The notes beneath the pieces were generated by a model. It searched no databases and was not told where the DNA came from. It was given only the letters and a program-made list of their open reading frames with translations. From positions 128,001 through 192,000 of the forward strand of contig CAWJMT010000003.1 of NCBI GenBank assembly GCA_963844035.1: a stretch of 64,000 nt of DNA, read 5' to 3'. This DNA is from an uncultured Gemmatimonadales bacterium. Lineage in GTDB: Bacteria > Gemmatimonadota > Gemmatimonadetes > Gemmatimonadales > GWC2-71-9. Every line of letters starts with the position of its first letter. Positions within the stretch are counted from its first letter, which is position 1. Positions 23,096 through 34,997 of the stretch are shown here, piece by piece. The translations under genes were made by a program, and so were the position numbers.

Positions 23096-24133
23096 ATGAG
23101 ACGGTTGGCGATCCTCTGCTTGACGTCCCTCGCGGCGTGCAGCGACGCACTCGAGCAAGACACCACGGCCGGACAAGTGGTGGCGGTCGTCGAGCAGGCG
23201 CCGGAGGCGTTGGTGCGGTTGATCTCGGCGGAGAACTTTTCGGTCAAGTCCACCATCCCCGTGACGGGCGTTCCTTCCGGCCAGGCGGCGGGCAGGGAAA
23301 GCGTGCTGCTCATGTCCACGGGCTCCAACGTCATCGTGTTCGACTTCACACAGCCCAACGTGACATCCGGGCGCGTCATTCCCGTCACGTCCACCCCGGG
23401 CGTCGAATACGCGCTCGTCTTTCAGGACGCGTCGGTGGCCTGGGCCACGTTCGACCGGCCGTCGCTCCCCGGTCCCAACCGCTACATCGTGGCGCGCGTC
23501 AACATCATCACGGGAGACACGGCCACACGGTCGCTCCCGGCGCTTCCGCGAAGCCTGGCCATCGCGAACGGCGCCGTGTTCGTGTTGCTCGTCGCTCCGA
23601 ATGCGGTCTCCTGGCTTGCGGTGCTCGACCCGGCGACTCTGCAGACCATCGATTCGGTGCCGCTGACGCCGCTCGACGGCCGGGCGGTCACTCTGGGCGA
23701 CGACGACCTGTTGTACGTGATCGCCAACGGCCCGCCGGCGAGCATGGGCATGGGCCGGTTGGCCATCGTCGACCCGGGCCCCCGCGAAGAAGTCGCCGTG
23801 ATCAACGGGTTGGGGGATCCCACCGGCGCGGCGGTGCCGCATCCGTCGGGCCGGTTGCTCGTGCCCTCACTCCAGGGAATTCTCGAGGTGAACCCGGCGA
23901 CCCGCTCGGTGACCCGCGGGCCCAACGCCGGCGTGATGCCCTCCGGGGACTACGTGGTCGCTCTGGTCCTGGACCAGCGCGGGCGGGTGTACGGCATCCG
24001 CGATCATTGCGGGGATCCCGCGGGGCACCCGGGAGCGGTGTACGTGCTCGCGCCGCCGCCGGGCTTCGATGAGCTGGAGACGGTGGCGGTGGGTACGTGT
24101 CCCGTGGGCGCGGCAGCCGTTTTCACCCAGTGA
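23096..24133 (+). CDS. Putative lipoprotein with beta-propeller-like (YncE-like) repeats
   Basis: Lipobox MRRLAILCLTSLAAC; repeated beta-blade motifs (VLDPATLQTIDSV, LYVIANG, VGTCP). Confidence 0.6.
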   Translation: MRRLAILCLTSLAACSDALEQDTTAGQVVAVVEQAPEALVRLISAENFSVKSTIPVTGVPSGQAAGRESVLLMSTGSNVIVFDFTQPNVTSGRVIPVTSTPGVEYALVFQDASVAWATFDRPSLPGPNRYIVARVNIITGDTATRSLPALPRSLAIANGAVFVLLVAPNAVSWLAVLDPATLQTIDSVPLTPLDGRAVTLGDDDLLYVIANGPPASMGMGRLAIVDPGPREEVAVINGLGDPTGAAVPHPSGRLLVPSLQGILEVNPATRSVTRGPNAGVMPSGDYVVALVLDQRGRVYGIRDHCGDPAGHPGAVYVLAPPPGFDELETVAVGTCPVGAAAVFTQ

Positions 24134-24157
24134 ACGCCGGGCGCTCCGTCTGACGCC

Positions 24158-24943
24158 ATGAGCCTCGTCACCACACCTGCCGTCGTGCTCCAGACCTACC
24201 GCTACAGCGAGACCTCGAAGGTCGTGCGGCTCGCCACCCGGGACCTCGGTATCCAGAGCGCCATCGCCAAGGGGGTGTTCCGTCCGAAGAATCGGTTCGG
24301 GGCGGGGCTCGAGCTTCTGAGCGAGGGTGAAGCGCAGTTGTACTACCGCGAGGCCCGCGAGCTGCATACGCTGGCGGTGTTCGACGTGACTGATCTGCGG
24401 CGCGGGCTCGCGAGCGACCTCGCGCGCTTTGCCGGCGCGGCGGCACTCAGCCAGGTGATGTTCAAGATGGCACCGCCCGCACCACTCCCCGGCGCCTACA
24501 CCACATTCACGTCGGGGTTGGACCTGCTCGCCTCCGTTCCCGCCGACACGGTGGACGCCGCCGCCGTCCGGGCACTGTGGGCGCTGGTCACCGAGCTCGG
24601 GTTCGGACCGTCGTTACAGGTATGCGTGCGGGACGGGACCCCGGTCGGAGATGAGAACGGGGACGCGATCGCGTTCAGCGCGGCCGAAGGAGGCGCGCTC
24701 TGCGCCCGCTGCGCGGCGGGTCAATCGCTGAGCCGCCTGCCTGCGGCGGACTTCCGCGACCTGATCGCGCTGAACGACCTCAGCGCCCCGCTGCCGATGC
24801 TGGATGCCCCACATGCGGCCGCGCACCGCCGCCTCACCGCCCGATTCGTGCGTCACCACCTCGACGCCCCTTCGCTCTCCGCCCTCGACTTCTGGGAACG
24901 CTCCGCGTGGGCCCAGGTTCATCCCACCCCCGCCGCTTCGTAG
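24158..24943 (+). CDS. recO: DNA repair protein RecO
   Basis: AVVLQTYRYSETSKVV...G...AIAKG..RPKNRFGAGLE; C-terminal CVRDG...GGALCARC. Confidence 0.93.
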   Translation: MSLVTTPAVVLQTYRYSETSKVVRLATRDLGIQSAIAKGVFRPKNRFGAGLELLSEGEAQLYYREARELHTLAVFDVTDLRRGLASDLARFAGAAALSQVMFKMAPPAPLPGAYTTFTSGLDLLASVPADTVDAAAVRALWALVTELGFGPSLQVCVRDGTPVGDENGDAIAFSAAEGGALCARCAAGQSLSRLPAADFRDLIALNDLSAPLPMLDAPHAAAHRRLTARFVRHHLDAPSLSALDFWERSAWAQVHPTPAAS

Positions 24944-26834
24944 TCGGCACCGCCGGCCACATCGATCACGGGAAGACCGCGCTCGTCAAAGCCTTGACGG
25001 GGGTTGACTGCGATCGCTGGGAGGAAGAGCAGCGTCGCGGGATCACGATCGACCTCGGGTTCGCTCCGCTGCTCCTGGGCGACGACGTGGAAGCCAGCGT
25101 CGTGGACGTGCCCGGCCACGAAGGGTTCGTCCGCAACATGCTTGCGGGTGCGACGGGCATCGACGTGGTCCTCCTGGTCATTGCCGCCGACGAGGGGATC
25201 ATGCCGCAGACGGAAGAGCACCTGGCGATCGTCGAGCTGCTGGGCGTCACCAGGGGCGTCCCGGTCCTCACCAAAGGCGACCTCGCGGAGCCGGAATGGC
25301 TCGAGATGGTCAGGGCAGAGGTGACCGCGCGCCTGCGCTCGAGCCCGGTCCGCTGGGAGCCGGTCATCGCCGTCTCGGCGCTCGTCGGGACGGGGGTGGA
25401 CGAGCTGCGGGCGGCGCTGCGGCGCGCGACCGCCGGGACGGCCGAACGGCCGGAGCGGACGACTGGTTTCGCCTCCCGATCGATCGCGTCTTCGCCCTCC
25501 CGGGGGCCGGGACGGTGGTGACCGGCTCGACGTGGAGCGGCACGGTGAGTGTCGGCGAGACCGTGACCCTGCTCCCCCTCGGACGTCCCGCGCGGGTGCG
25601 CTCGATTCAGGTCCACGGAGCCCCGGCCACGGTCGCCGGCCCGGGCCGGCGTACCGCCCTGGCCCTGGTGGGGGCCGACCGGACGGAGCTGGCGCGCGGG
25701 GACGTCGCGGTGACCGGCACGGGGTGGTCCGCCACGACGGCGATCGATGCGACGGTCGAGCTATTGCCCGGCGCGGGCCGTCCGGTGACCCCTCGGACCC
25801 GGGTGCGGGTGCACCTCGGGACCGCCGAGGTGCTGGCGCGGGCGGCCCGCGGCGGGCCGATTGCGCCCGGAGCGCGGGGTCTCGTCCGCTTCCTGCTCGA
25901 AACGCCGCTCGTAGCCCGTGGTGGCGATCGATTCATCATCCGTTCGTACTCCCCGGTCACCACGATCGGGGGCGGGATCGTCCTCGACCCGACGCCGCCG
26001 CAGAATATCCCGTTGCCCGATCGCCGGCTCGGCCTCGATCAATCCCCTGCGGAGCGACTGAGCGTGTGGGCGCAGGAAGCCGGCCTCGCCGCCCTGCCGA
26101 TCCCCAGCCTCGCAGTGCGTCTCGGTGTGCCCAATGAAAGTGTGACCGGAATCATCGCCGCTGTGGGGGCGACACTGATAACCTGTGGGGAGCACCTGGT
26201 CGCGCGGGATGCAGTGGAATCGGCGGTCACACGGCTGGCGGCATTGCTGCGTCAACACCACACCGCCCACCCGCTCGATCCGGGGATGTCGTTGCAGGCA
26301 CTGCGCGCGGCGGCGAGGGTACCAGGCAATGCCCTGGATCCCGAGGTCGCGGTCGTCGATCACGTCGTAGGGGTCGGGACTGAGGCCGGGGTGTGGGAAG
26401 TGGAGGGCAGCGTCGTTCGTGAGCGCGGGTGGCGCCCGTCCTTTGACGCGGATAGTGCGGCTACCCGGGAGCGGCTGCTCCAGCGCCTGACGGACGCGCA
26501 GTGGCAGGTCCCGACTCTTGCCGAGCTGGAGCAGGAGTTTCCGGGTGAGCCGGTTCAGGGGATCCTGGCTCACCTCATCCGCGAGGGTGCCGTGGAGCAG
26601 GTCGACCGTGAGCGGGCGGCACCGAAGCAGGCGTTGCAAGGCTTCCTGAGGACCCTGGAGGCTGTGCTCCAGGAGGTTGGGGAGGCCACGCCGGCGCAGC
26701 TGCGGGACCGCCTCGGGGTCACCCGGAAGTACCTGATTCCGCTGCTTGAGTGGGCGGACCGGCGCGGAATAACGCAACGCGTGGGGGACCGACGGACGTT
26801 GACTCGATTGACAGCGAGAAGCACCGGTTCGTAA
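24907..26834 (+). CDS. selB: Selenocysteine-specific elongation factor (frameshift near 25450, probably sequencing error)
   Basis: VGTAGHIDHGKT, EEQRRGITIDLGF, DVPGHEGFVRNM, FRLPIDRVF, TIGGG, C-terminal LGVTRKYLIPLLEW winged helix. Confidence 0.93.
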
Positions 26835-26837
26835 CTT
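26808..26837 (+). promoter_or_regulatory. Putative sigma70-type promoter
   Basis: TTGACA(26808-26813)-18 nt-TAACTT(26832-26837), upstream of ORF 26927. Confidence 0.55.
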
Positions 26838-26926
26838 AGGTGTGGTGGATTTATTGGGATGGTTGCGGTGAGACCCGTATCAAGGAGCCGTCGCTAAGGA
26901 ACCTTTCACGTTCGCGAGGAGCGGTG

Positions 26927-27358
26927 ATGAAGCAGTACGCCTGGGCGGCGTTAGGGCTCGGGCTTTGGGCGGCTGGAGCAGGAGTAAAAGACGTGTGGGG
27001 GCAGGGGCCAGCGCCCACGGTTGAGCTCAAACAAAATTACCCGAACCCGTTTAACCCGGCGACCACAATTCCGTTTGCACTCGGGGGCGACGCATTCGCC
27101 AACGGTCACCGGCCAAGGGTATCGCTGAAGATTTTCAACGTGCTCGCGCAGCTCGTGGCCGTGCCGGTTCTCCAGGGGACAGGAGAACCGCTGGACAGGC
27201 TGGAGTTGACGTGTGCGTTCGCCGGCGGCTGCGCGTTTACCGCGTACTGGGACGGCAACGTCACCGGGAGCGGCCAGCAGGCGGCGTCCGGCGTGTACAT
27301 CTACCAGTTGACGGTGGACGCCGCGCGCTTCACCAAAAAAATGGTCATCATGAAGTGA
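26927..27358 (+). CDS. Small secreted protein made of a single FlgD-Ig / T9SS-CTD-like domain
   Basis: GAGGAG SD; signal peptide; LKQNYPNPFNPATTIPF...LKIFNVLAQLV...WDG...ASGVYIYQL...KKMVIMK. Confidence 0.75.
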   Translation: MKQYAWAALGLGLWAAGAGVKDVWGQGPAPTVELKQNYPNPFNPATTIPFALGGDAFANGHRPRVSLKIFNVLAQLVAVPVLQGTGEPLDRLELTCAFAGGCAFTAYWDGNVTGSGQQAASGVYIYQLTVDAARFTKKMVIMK

Positions 27359-27370
27359 GCTTCGATGAGA

Positions 27371-27405
27371 CTGCCCCGGCTGACGCGCCGGGGCAGTTCT
27401 TTTTT
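27371..27405 (+). terminator. Rho-independent terminator
   Basis: ctgccccggc-tgacgc-gccggggcag followed by ttctttttt. Confidence 0.85.
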
Positions 27406-27416
27406 CGGAGGTTCCC

Positions 27417-28295
27417 ATGCCTCGCCTCTGGCTCGCTGCCGTTGTCGTTCTCTTCGCTGTTCTCGTGATGCGTCCGGTTCGTTTCCTTGATTCCTTTGCA
27501 GTGGCGGAACAGGCTCGGGTTCGCGCCCATTTCGACAGCGCCGAGCGCGAGGTACGGGGCAACTCTGTGGTCGGACTCTCGGTTGCGCAGCGCGCCGCCC
27601 GCGCGCGGGCGCTCGATCGCCTGCACGCCTACGCGGCGCGGGGCGTGTTCCCGAGGAACCGACATTTTCCCGGGGCCCTCGTACCCTCGTTCGTCGATGA
27701 TCTCACGGGCACGCGCTGCGGGATGGGATATCTGATCGAAGAGGCGGAGGGCTCGCGGCTCGTGGCGCGGATCGCAGCGACGAACAACAATGCGACCATT
27801 CTCGACCTCAAGAATGACCCCGAGCTGCTCGCCTGGCTGGACCGGAACGGCCTCACCCTGGATGAGGCCGCACGTATTCAACCCAAGTACTGCGCGGATC
27901 CAAAAGACCCCACCCCGGGCTGGGGGTGCGCTCCGGTCACTCCGGCGGTCACACCGCCGGCAAGCAGCTCCTACAAGGTTGCCACAGGCACGTTGGTAAT
28001 TGCAGACATGGTCGCCGTGGCGATCAACGCTATGGGCCCCCACGGGTCGAGCACGATGTCAGGTGCGCTCGCGCTCACCTCCGGTGTGCTCGGCATGGCG
28101 ATCGGCATCCCGAATATCGACGAGTCCGGTGACACGCAGACCCTGGGCTGGGTCAACGCGACCGTGGGTGCGGCTTCGGCGGCGCTGGGCACGTACTGGC
28201 TCTTGAAGCCGCACACCACCGTGGCCGCGGTGAGTTTCGCACCGTGGGTGGCGTCGAACGGCGCTCCCGGTCTCAGCGGTCGAATCACCTTCTAA
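27417..28295 (+). CDS. Hypothetical membrane/exported protein
   Basis: GGAGG SD; N-terminal signal/TM; core FPRN...PSFVD..GTRCGMGYLIE...EAARIQPKY; C-terminal hydrophobic segments. Confidence 0.7.
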   Translation: MPRLWLAAVVVLFAVLVMRPVRFLDSFAVAEQARVRAHFDSAEREVRGNSVVGLSVAQRAARARALDRLHAYAARGVFPRNRHFPGALVPSFVDDLTGTRCGMGYLIEEAEGSRLVARIAATNNNATILDLKNDPELLAWLDRNGLTLDEAARIQPKYCADPKDPTPGWGCAPVTPAVTPPASSSYKVATGTLVIADMVAVAINAMGPHGSSTMSGALALTSGVLGMAIGIPNIDESGDTQTLGWVNATVGAASAALGTYWLLKPHTTVAAVSFAPWVASNGAPGLSGRITF

Positions 28296-28378
28296 GGTGG
28301 AAGGCTCAGTAGCGATCGGTTGAGTCGCTGGGGCGAGCACCTGCCTTTCGCCCACCCCGCCATTTCGGCATCTTGCAG

Positions 28379-28400
28379 CGGCACGGAGGTTGCCCGTGCC
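28379..28400 (+). promoter_or_regulatory. Putative sigma54 (-24/-12) promoter of clpB, overlapping a 7-bp palindrome
   Basis: cGGCACG-gagg-TTGC with exact GG/GC spacing; GGCACGG-N7-CCGTGCC inverted repeat. Confidence 0.5.
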
Positions 28401-28407
28401 TTGAGCC

Positions 28408-31027
<2,620 letters not shown>

Positions 31028-31035
<8 letters not shown>

Positions 31036-31534
31036 GCTCGGGAAGAGGGAAGAGGGACGGGGGAAGGGTACTGCTCGTCCCCCGTCTACCACCGATCTGG
31101 ACGGCATGGCAGTCGCACTCGCGGAGGCCCAGGTCGCCGCGTCGTTGGACGAAGTGCCGGTTGGCGCTGCGGTGATGCGCGACGGTCGCATCATCGCGCA
31201 GGCCCACAACGAAACCGTCGCACGCCGCGATCCCACCGCCCACGCGGAGCTGCTCGCGATTCAGGCGGCGCTGCGCGCTATCGGAAGCGATCGTCTCACC
31301 GAATGCACCTTGTACGTGACGCTCGAGCCGTGCGCGCAATGCGCCGGGGCGATCGTACTCGCCAAAGTCGGCCGGCTGGTGTTCGGCGCGGCCGATCCCA
31401 AGGCGGGGATGTGCGGGTCGGTCGGCGATCTGGTGCGTCATCCGCGGCTCAATCATCGGGTGGAAGTGATCGGTGGGGTCGAGGAACTGGCCTGCGCAGG
31501 GCTGTTGCAGGCCTTTTTCGCGGCCAAGCGGTAG
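31028..31534 (+). CDS. tadA: tRNA adenosine(34) deaminase (start 31028 or 31106)
   Basis: [36 protein letters not shown]. Confidence 0.93.
31040..31087. repeat. Heptamer array 4x GGGA(A/C)G(A/G) with short inverted arm
   Basis: gggaaga gggaaga gggacgg gggaagg ... ctcgtcc cccgtct. Confidence 0.65.
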
Positions 31535-31556
31535 TCCCTCAAACCGACGAGGTCAC

Positions 31557-32171
31557 ATGCTCAGCGCGACACGGGTATTGGTGCTGCTGGCCCTCGGCTA
31601 CACGGTGGCGACGTCTTCGGTCTCGGCGCAAACACGACGTAGTCTGCGATTCGGTTTCGGGCTCGGGGCCGCCGCGCCGCAGGGTGATTTCAAGGAGGAC
31701 CCGACCGGGGAGGGGTTCGACCCGGGGTGGCACGCGATCGGCTACCTGGAATTCGCCCCGTCCCGCACACCGTTCGGACTCCGCATGGAAGTCACCTTCA
31801 CTCGGAACCCCGCCAACCAACAACTGAAGGACGATATCGAGGCCGAACTTGGCCCGGGTTTCGATGCCAGCATGCGAACGGTGGGCGGGAACGCGAGTGC
31901 GACTTGGACGATCCCGCTCACACCGCGCACGAAGGGTTACCTGATCGGCGGCGTCGGGTTCGCCACCCCCGCGTTGACCATCAGCTCCGGAAGCGTGAGC
32001 GCGGACACGTCGCAGACCAACTTCGCCTGGAATGCGGGCGCGGGCCTGACCTTCCCGCTCACTCCCGTGACGATGTTCGTCGAGTTCCGATACTACAGGA
32101 TCGCGACCACCTTCGAATTCGCCAGCCTCCCGTTCGTCGCGGTGACAGCGGGTATCCGCTTGGGACGCTAG
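31557..32171 (+). CDS. Outer-membrane beta-barrel protein (OMP_b-brl-like)
   Basis: GAGG SD, signal peptide ending VSAQ, alternating beta strands, FAWNAGAG, FVEFRY, terminal AGIRL. Confidence 0.8.
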   Translation: MLSATRVLVLLALGYTVATSSVSAQTRRSLRFGFGLGAAAPQGDFKEDPTGEGFDPGWHAIGYLEFAPSRTPFGLRMEVTFTRNPANQQLKDDIEAELGPGFDASMRTVGGNASATWTIPLTPRTKGYLIGGVGFATPALTISSGSVSADTSQTNFAWNAGAGLTFPLTPVTMFVEFRYYRIATTFEFASLPFVAVTAGIRLGR

Positions 32172-32230
32172 CGGGGCGGCGTAGCACCTTCGGCAGGCCG
32201 CGTTTAGGTTGTGGGCACCGCCGTGGGCGG

Positions 32231-32317
32231 GGATAGGTGGCCGAGCGGCTGAAGGCACGCGCCTGGAAAGTGCGTAAACGGGTAACCGTTTCGTGGGTTC
32301 GAATCCCACCCTATCCG
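32231..32317 (+). tRNA. tRNA-Ser(GGA)
   Basis: GGATAGG...CCTATCC-G acceptor stem, anticodon loop CT-GGA-AA, long variable arm, GGTTCGAATCC; CCA not encoded. Confidence 0.96.
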
Positions 32318-32324
32318 TGCAGGC

Positions 32325-32418
32325 TAGACGGCCAGTCGTATAGACGCATAGACGGGCAGTAGAACATAGAAATGAAGATTCTCCTTCCCGTCTGTGCGGC
32401 TGTGCGCCTGTGCGCCTA
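32325..32418. repeat. Inverted octamer array (TAGACGCA family) in the tRNA spacer
   Basis: tagacggc cagtcgta tagacgca tagacggg ... cccgtctg tgcggctg tgcgcctg tgcgccta. Confidence 0.8.
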
Positions 32419-32427
32419 GTTCTTAGG

Positions 32428-32514
32428 GGACAGGTGTCCGAGTGGTTGAAGGAGCCGGTCTCGAAAACCGGTGTGCCCGTAAGGGTACCGTGGGTTCGAA
32501 TCCCACCCTGTCCG
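32428..32514 (+). tRNA. tRNA-Ser(CGA)
   Basis: GGACAGG...CCTGTCC-G acceptor stem, anticodon loop CT-CGA-AA, long variable arm, GGTTCGAATCC. Confidence 0.96.
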
Positions 32515-32544
32515 TTCGACAAGATCCCGACGTGAGGAGGAAAT

Positions 32545-33436
32545 ACGACTTCCAGTCAGCCCGCCGCTCCAGGCCTGTCGATCACATCGCCGGGAGACTT
32601 ACCATCGAGCGAGTTCGGTCTCGCCCTCGGCTACGTCATCGGGCATCATCTGCTCGACATGCAGGACCTGCACTACGGCTATTGGCCGGCCGACCTGCCC
32701 GTGGTACCGAAAAATCTCGCCCGGGCCCAGGCGCACTACACCGACCTGTTGCTGTCGCACATCCCACCCGGGGTGAAGACGGTGCTCGACGTCGGCTGCG
32801 GTGCGGGGAACACTGCCCGCAAGCTGCTCGAGCGGGGGTACCAGGTGGACTGCGTGTCGCCGAACGGCGTGTCTGACCGGGGTCGCGCGGCAGGTACTGG
32901 GAGATCGCGCGACGATTTTCGAGACCCGGTTCCAGGACCTCGAGACCGATCGCCGCTATGACCTGATCCTGTTCAGCGAGAGCCTGCTGTTCATTCCGCT
33001 GGACGCGGCCTTCACTCAGGCGCTGCGGCTGCTCACGCCCGGCGGTCACATCTTGATCACCGATATCTTCCGCGTCCCGGCCGAGGGGACGAGCCCGATC
33101 GGGGGCGGTCACGAGCTGCCGGTGTTTCGAGCCGCCGTGGCCCGCTTCGGGCTCGAGCCGGTGCAGGACGTCGACATGACGGCCGGCATCGCGCCCACGT
33201 TCGATCTGCTCGACCGCATCACCGCGGACGCGATCCAACCGGCCTACCAGATGCTCATGGCCCGGTTCACGGTGCGCAGTCCCTGGCTGATGCGGATCGT
33301 GCGCTGGCAATTCGGGAAAAAGCTCGAGAAAGCCGAGCGGAAGCACTTCAGCGGCCGGCGCAACGGCGCGAACTTCAAGAAGTACAAGGCCTATCGCCTG
33401 CTGCTGTTTCGGCGCCCGGAGGCGCACCCCCTTTAA
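32545..33436 (+). CDS. Class I SAM-dependent methyltransferase (frameshift near 32872; start uncertain)
   Basis: DLHYGYW, VLDVGCGAG motif I, then YDLILFSES...LLTPGGHILITD in next frame; GGAGG precedes 32545 but no clean ATG. Confidence 0.8.
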
Positions 33437-33471
33437 CCCACGTGGACCGCGAGCTAACTTTGAACCCCGAG

Positions 33472-34035
33472 ATGCCTCGGCCAAACCGCAGCACCATCCT
33501 CGACGCCCGCGCCCTGTCGCGGGCGCTTCAGCATATGGCGGCAGCGATCGTGGAACTGGCGCACGGGACCGATGATCTGGTGCTGATCGGGATCCAGCGC
33601 CGGGGCGTGGAGCTCGCCGAGCGCATCGGCAAGCTGATCGAAGCGGACCGGAAGGCCGCGGTCCCTCGCGGAGCCCTCGACATCACGCTGTATCGCGACG
33701 ACCTCGAGACCATCGGTCCGAAACCGGTCATCGGCGAGACCCACCTCCCGGGCGACCTCGCCGGCAAGCATGTCGTCATCGTGGACGACGTCCTGTACAC
33801 CGGCCGCACCGTGCGGGCGGCCCTCGATGAGCTCGCAGATTTCGGTCGTCCCAAGCGCATCTCGCTGGCGGTGCTGATCGATCGGGGCGGGCGCGAGCTG
33901 CCCATTCAGGCCGACGTCGTGGGGAGCGTGGTGCAGACCAACCCCGGCGACCGGGTGGACGTGTTCGTGAACGAGCTCGACGGTCGGGACGAAGTCGAGC
34001 TGATTCGCGCCGTGCCAAAGGAGGTCCCCGCGTGA
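33472..34035 (+). CDS. pyrR: Bifunctional pyr operon regulator / uracil phosphoribosyltransferase
   Basis: [38 protein letters not shown]. Confidence 0.96.
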   Translation: MPRPNRSTILDARALSRALQHMAAAIVELAHGTDDLVLIGIQRRGVELAERIGKLIEADRKAAVPRGALDITLYRDDLETIGPKPVIGETHLPGDLAGKHVVIVDDVLYTGRTVRAALDELADFGRPKRISLAVLIDRGGRELPIQADVVGSVVQTNPGDRVDVFVNELDGRDEVELIRAVPKEVPA

Positions 34036-34997
34036 CCGTGGGGTTGGGCAAGGACCTGGTCGGGCTCGCGTCCCTGTCGGCCGAGCAGATCGGTCTGATT
34101 CTCGATACTGCCGAGCCGTTCAAGGATGTGTCGGAGCGCCCCATCAAGAAGGTCCCCGCATTGCGGGGCAAGACGATCGTCAACCTGTTCTTCGAAGCCT
34201 CCACCCGAACCCGGATCTCGTTTGAGTTCGCCGAGAAGCGTCTGTCGGCGGACACCGTGAACGTGGCCGCGTCAGGGAGCTCGGTGTCCAAGGGCGAGAC
34301 GCTGGTGGACACGGCGAAAAACCTCGAAGCGATGCGGATCGATATGGTGGTGATGCGCCACTACTCGTCCGGCGCGGCGGAATTCCTTGGCAACCGCATC
34401 CGCTCGAACGTGATCAACGCCGGCGACGGCAAGCACGAGCATCCGACGCAGGCGTTGCTCGACATGCTGACCCTGCGCGACAAGTTCGGCCGCATCGCCG
34501 GGCTCAAGGTGTGCCTCGTCGGGGACGTGCTCCACTCCCGCGTGGCGCGGTCCAACATCTGGGGCCTGACGAAGATGGGCGCGCAGGTGGCGGTGTGCGG
34601 TCCCCGGTCGCTGTTGCCGCGCGGGGTCGAGGAGCTGGGCGTGACGGTGTTCGATCACGTGGAAGAGGCGATCCAGTGGTGCGACGTCCTCAACGTCCTC
34701 CGCCTGCAGCTCGAACGCATGGAGGCGGGGTTCATCCCGTCGCTGCGCGAGTACTACCGGGTGTTCGGCGTCACGCTGGAGCGGCTGGAGAAGGCCCCGA
34801 AGGACATCACCATCATGCATCCGGGACCCATGAACCGTGGCGTGGAGATCGACAGTCGCGTGGCCGACGGGCCGCACAGCGTGATCCTCGATCAGGTGAC
34901 GAACGGTGTCGCTGTCCGGATGGCGGTGCTCTACCTGCTCGCCGGCGGCAAACCCGACCTCGCCGACGCCGCCAGGCGCGGCCCGGGGCCGGACTGA
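34032..34997 (+). CDS. pyrB: Aspartate carbamoyltransferase catalytic subunit
   Basis: [40 protein letters not shown]. Confidence 0.97.
   Translation: MTVGLGKDLVGLASLSAEQIGLILDTAEPFKDVSERPIKKVPALRGKTIVNLFFEASTRTRISFEFAEKRLSADTVNVAASGSSVSKGETLVDTAKNLEAMRIDMVVMRHYSSGAAEFLGNRIRSNVINAGDGKHEHPTQALLDMLTLRDKFGRIAGLKVCLVGDVLHSRVARSNIWGLTKMGAQVAVCGPRSLLPRGVEELGVTVFDHVEEAIQWCDVLNVLRLQLERMEAGFIPSLREYYRVFGVTLERLEKAPKDITIMHPGPMNRGVEIDSRVADGPHSVILDQVTNGVAVRMAVLYLLAGGKPDLADAARRGPGPD

Noticed and set aside
32231..32514. One of the long-variable-arm tRNAs as tRNA-Sec (selC)
   Set aside because: Anticodons are GGA and CGA (Ser) with 7-bp acceptor stems, not UCA.
32500..33440. Integrated prophage or ICE at the tRNA-Ser genes
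   Set aside because: No integrase, no duplicated tRNA 3' end and no phage genes seen.
33437..33471. PyrR-binding attenuator upstream of pyrR
   Set aside because: Only 35 nt with no terminator/antiterminator or recognisable PyrR binding loop.
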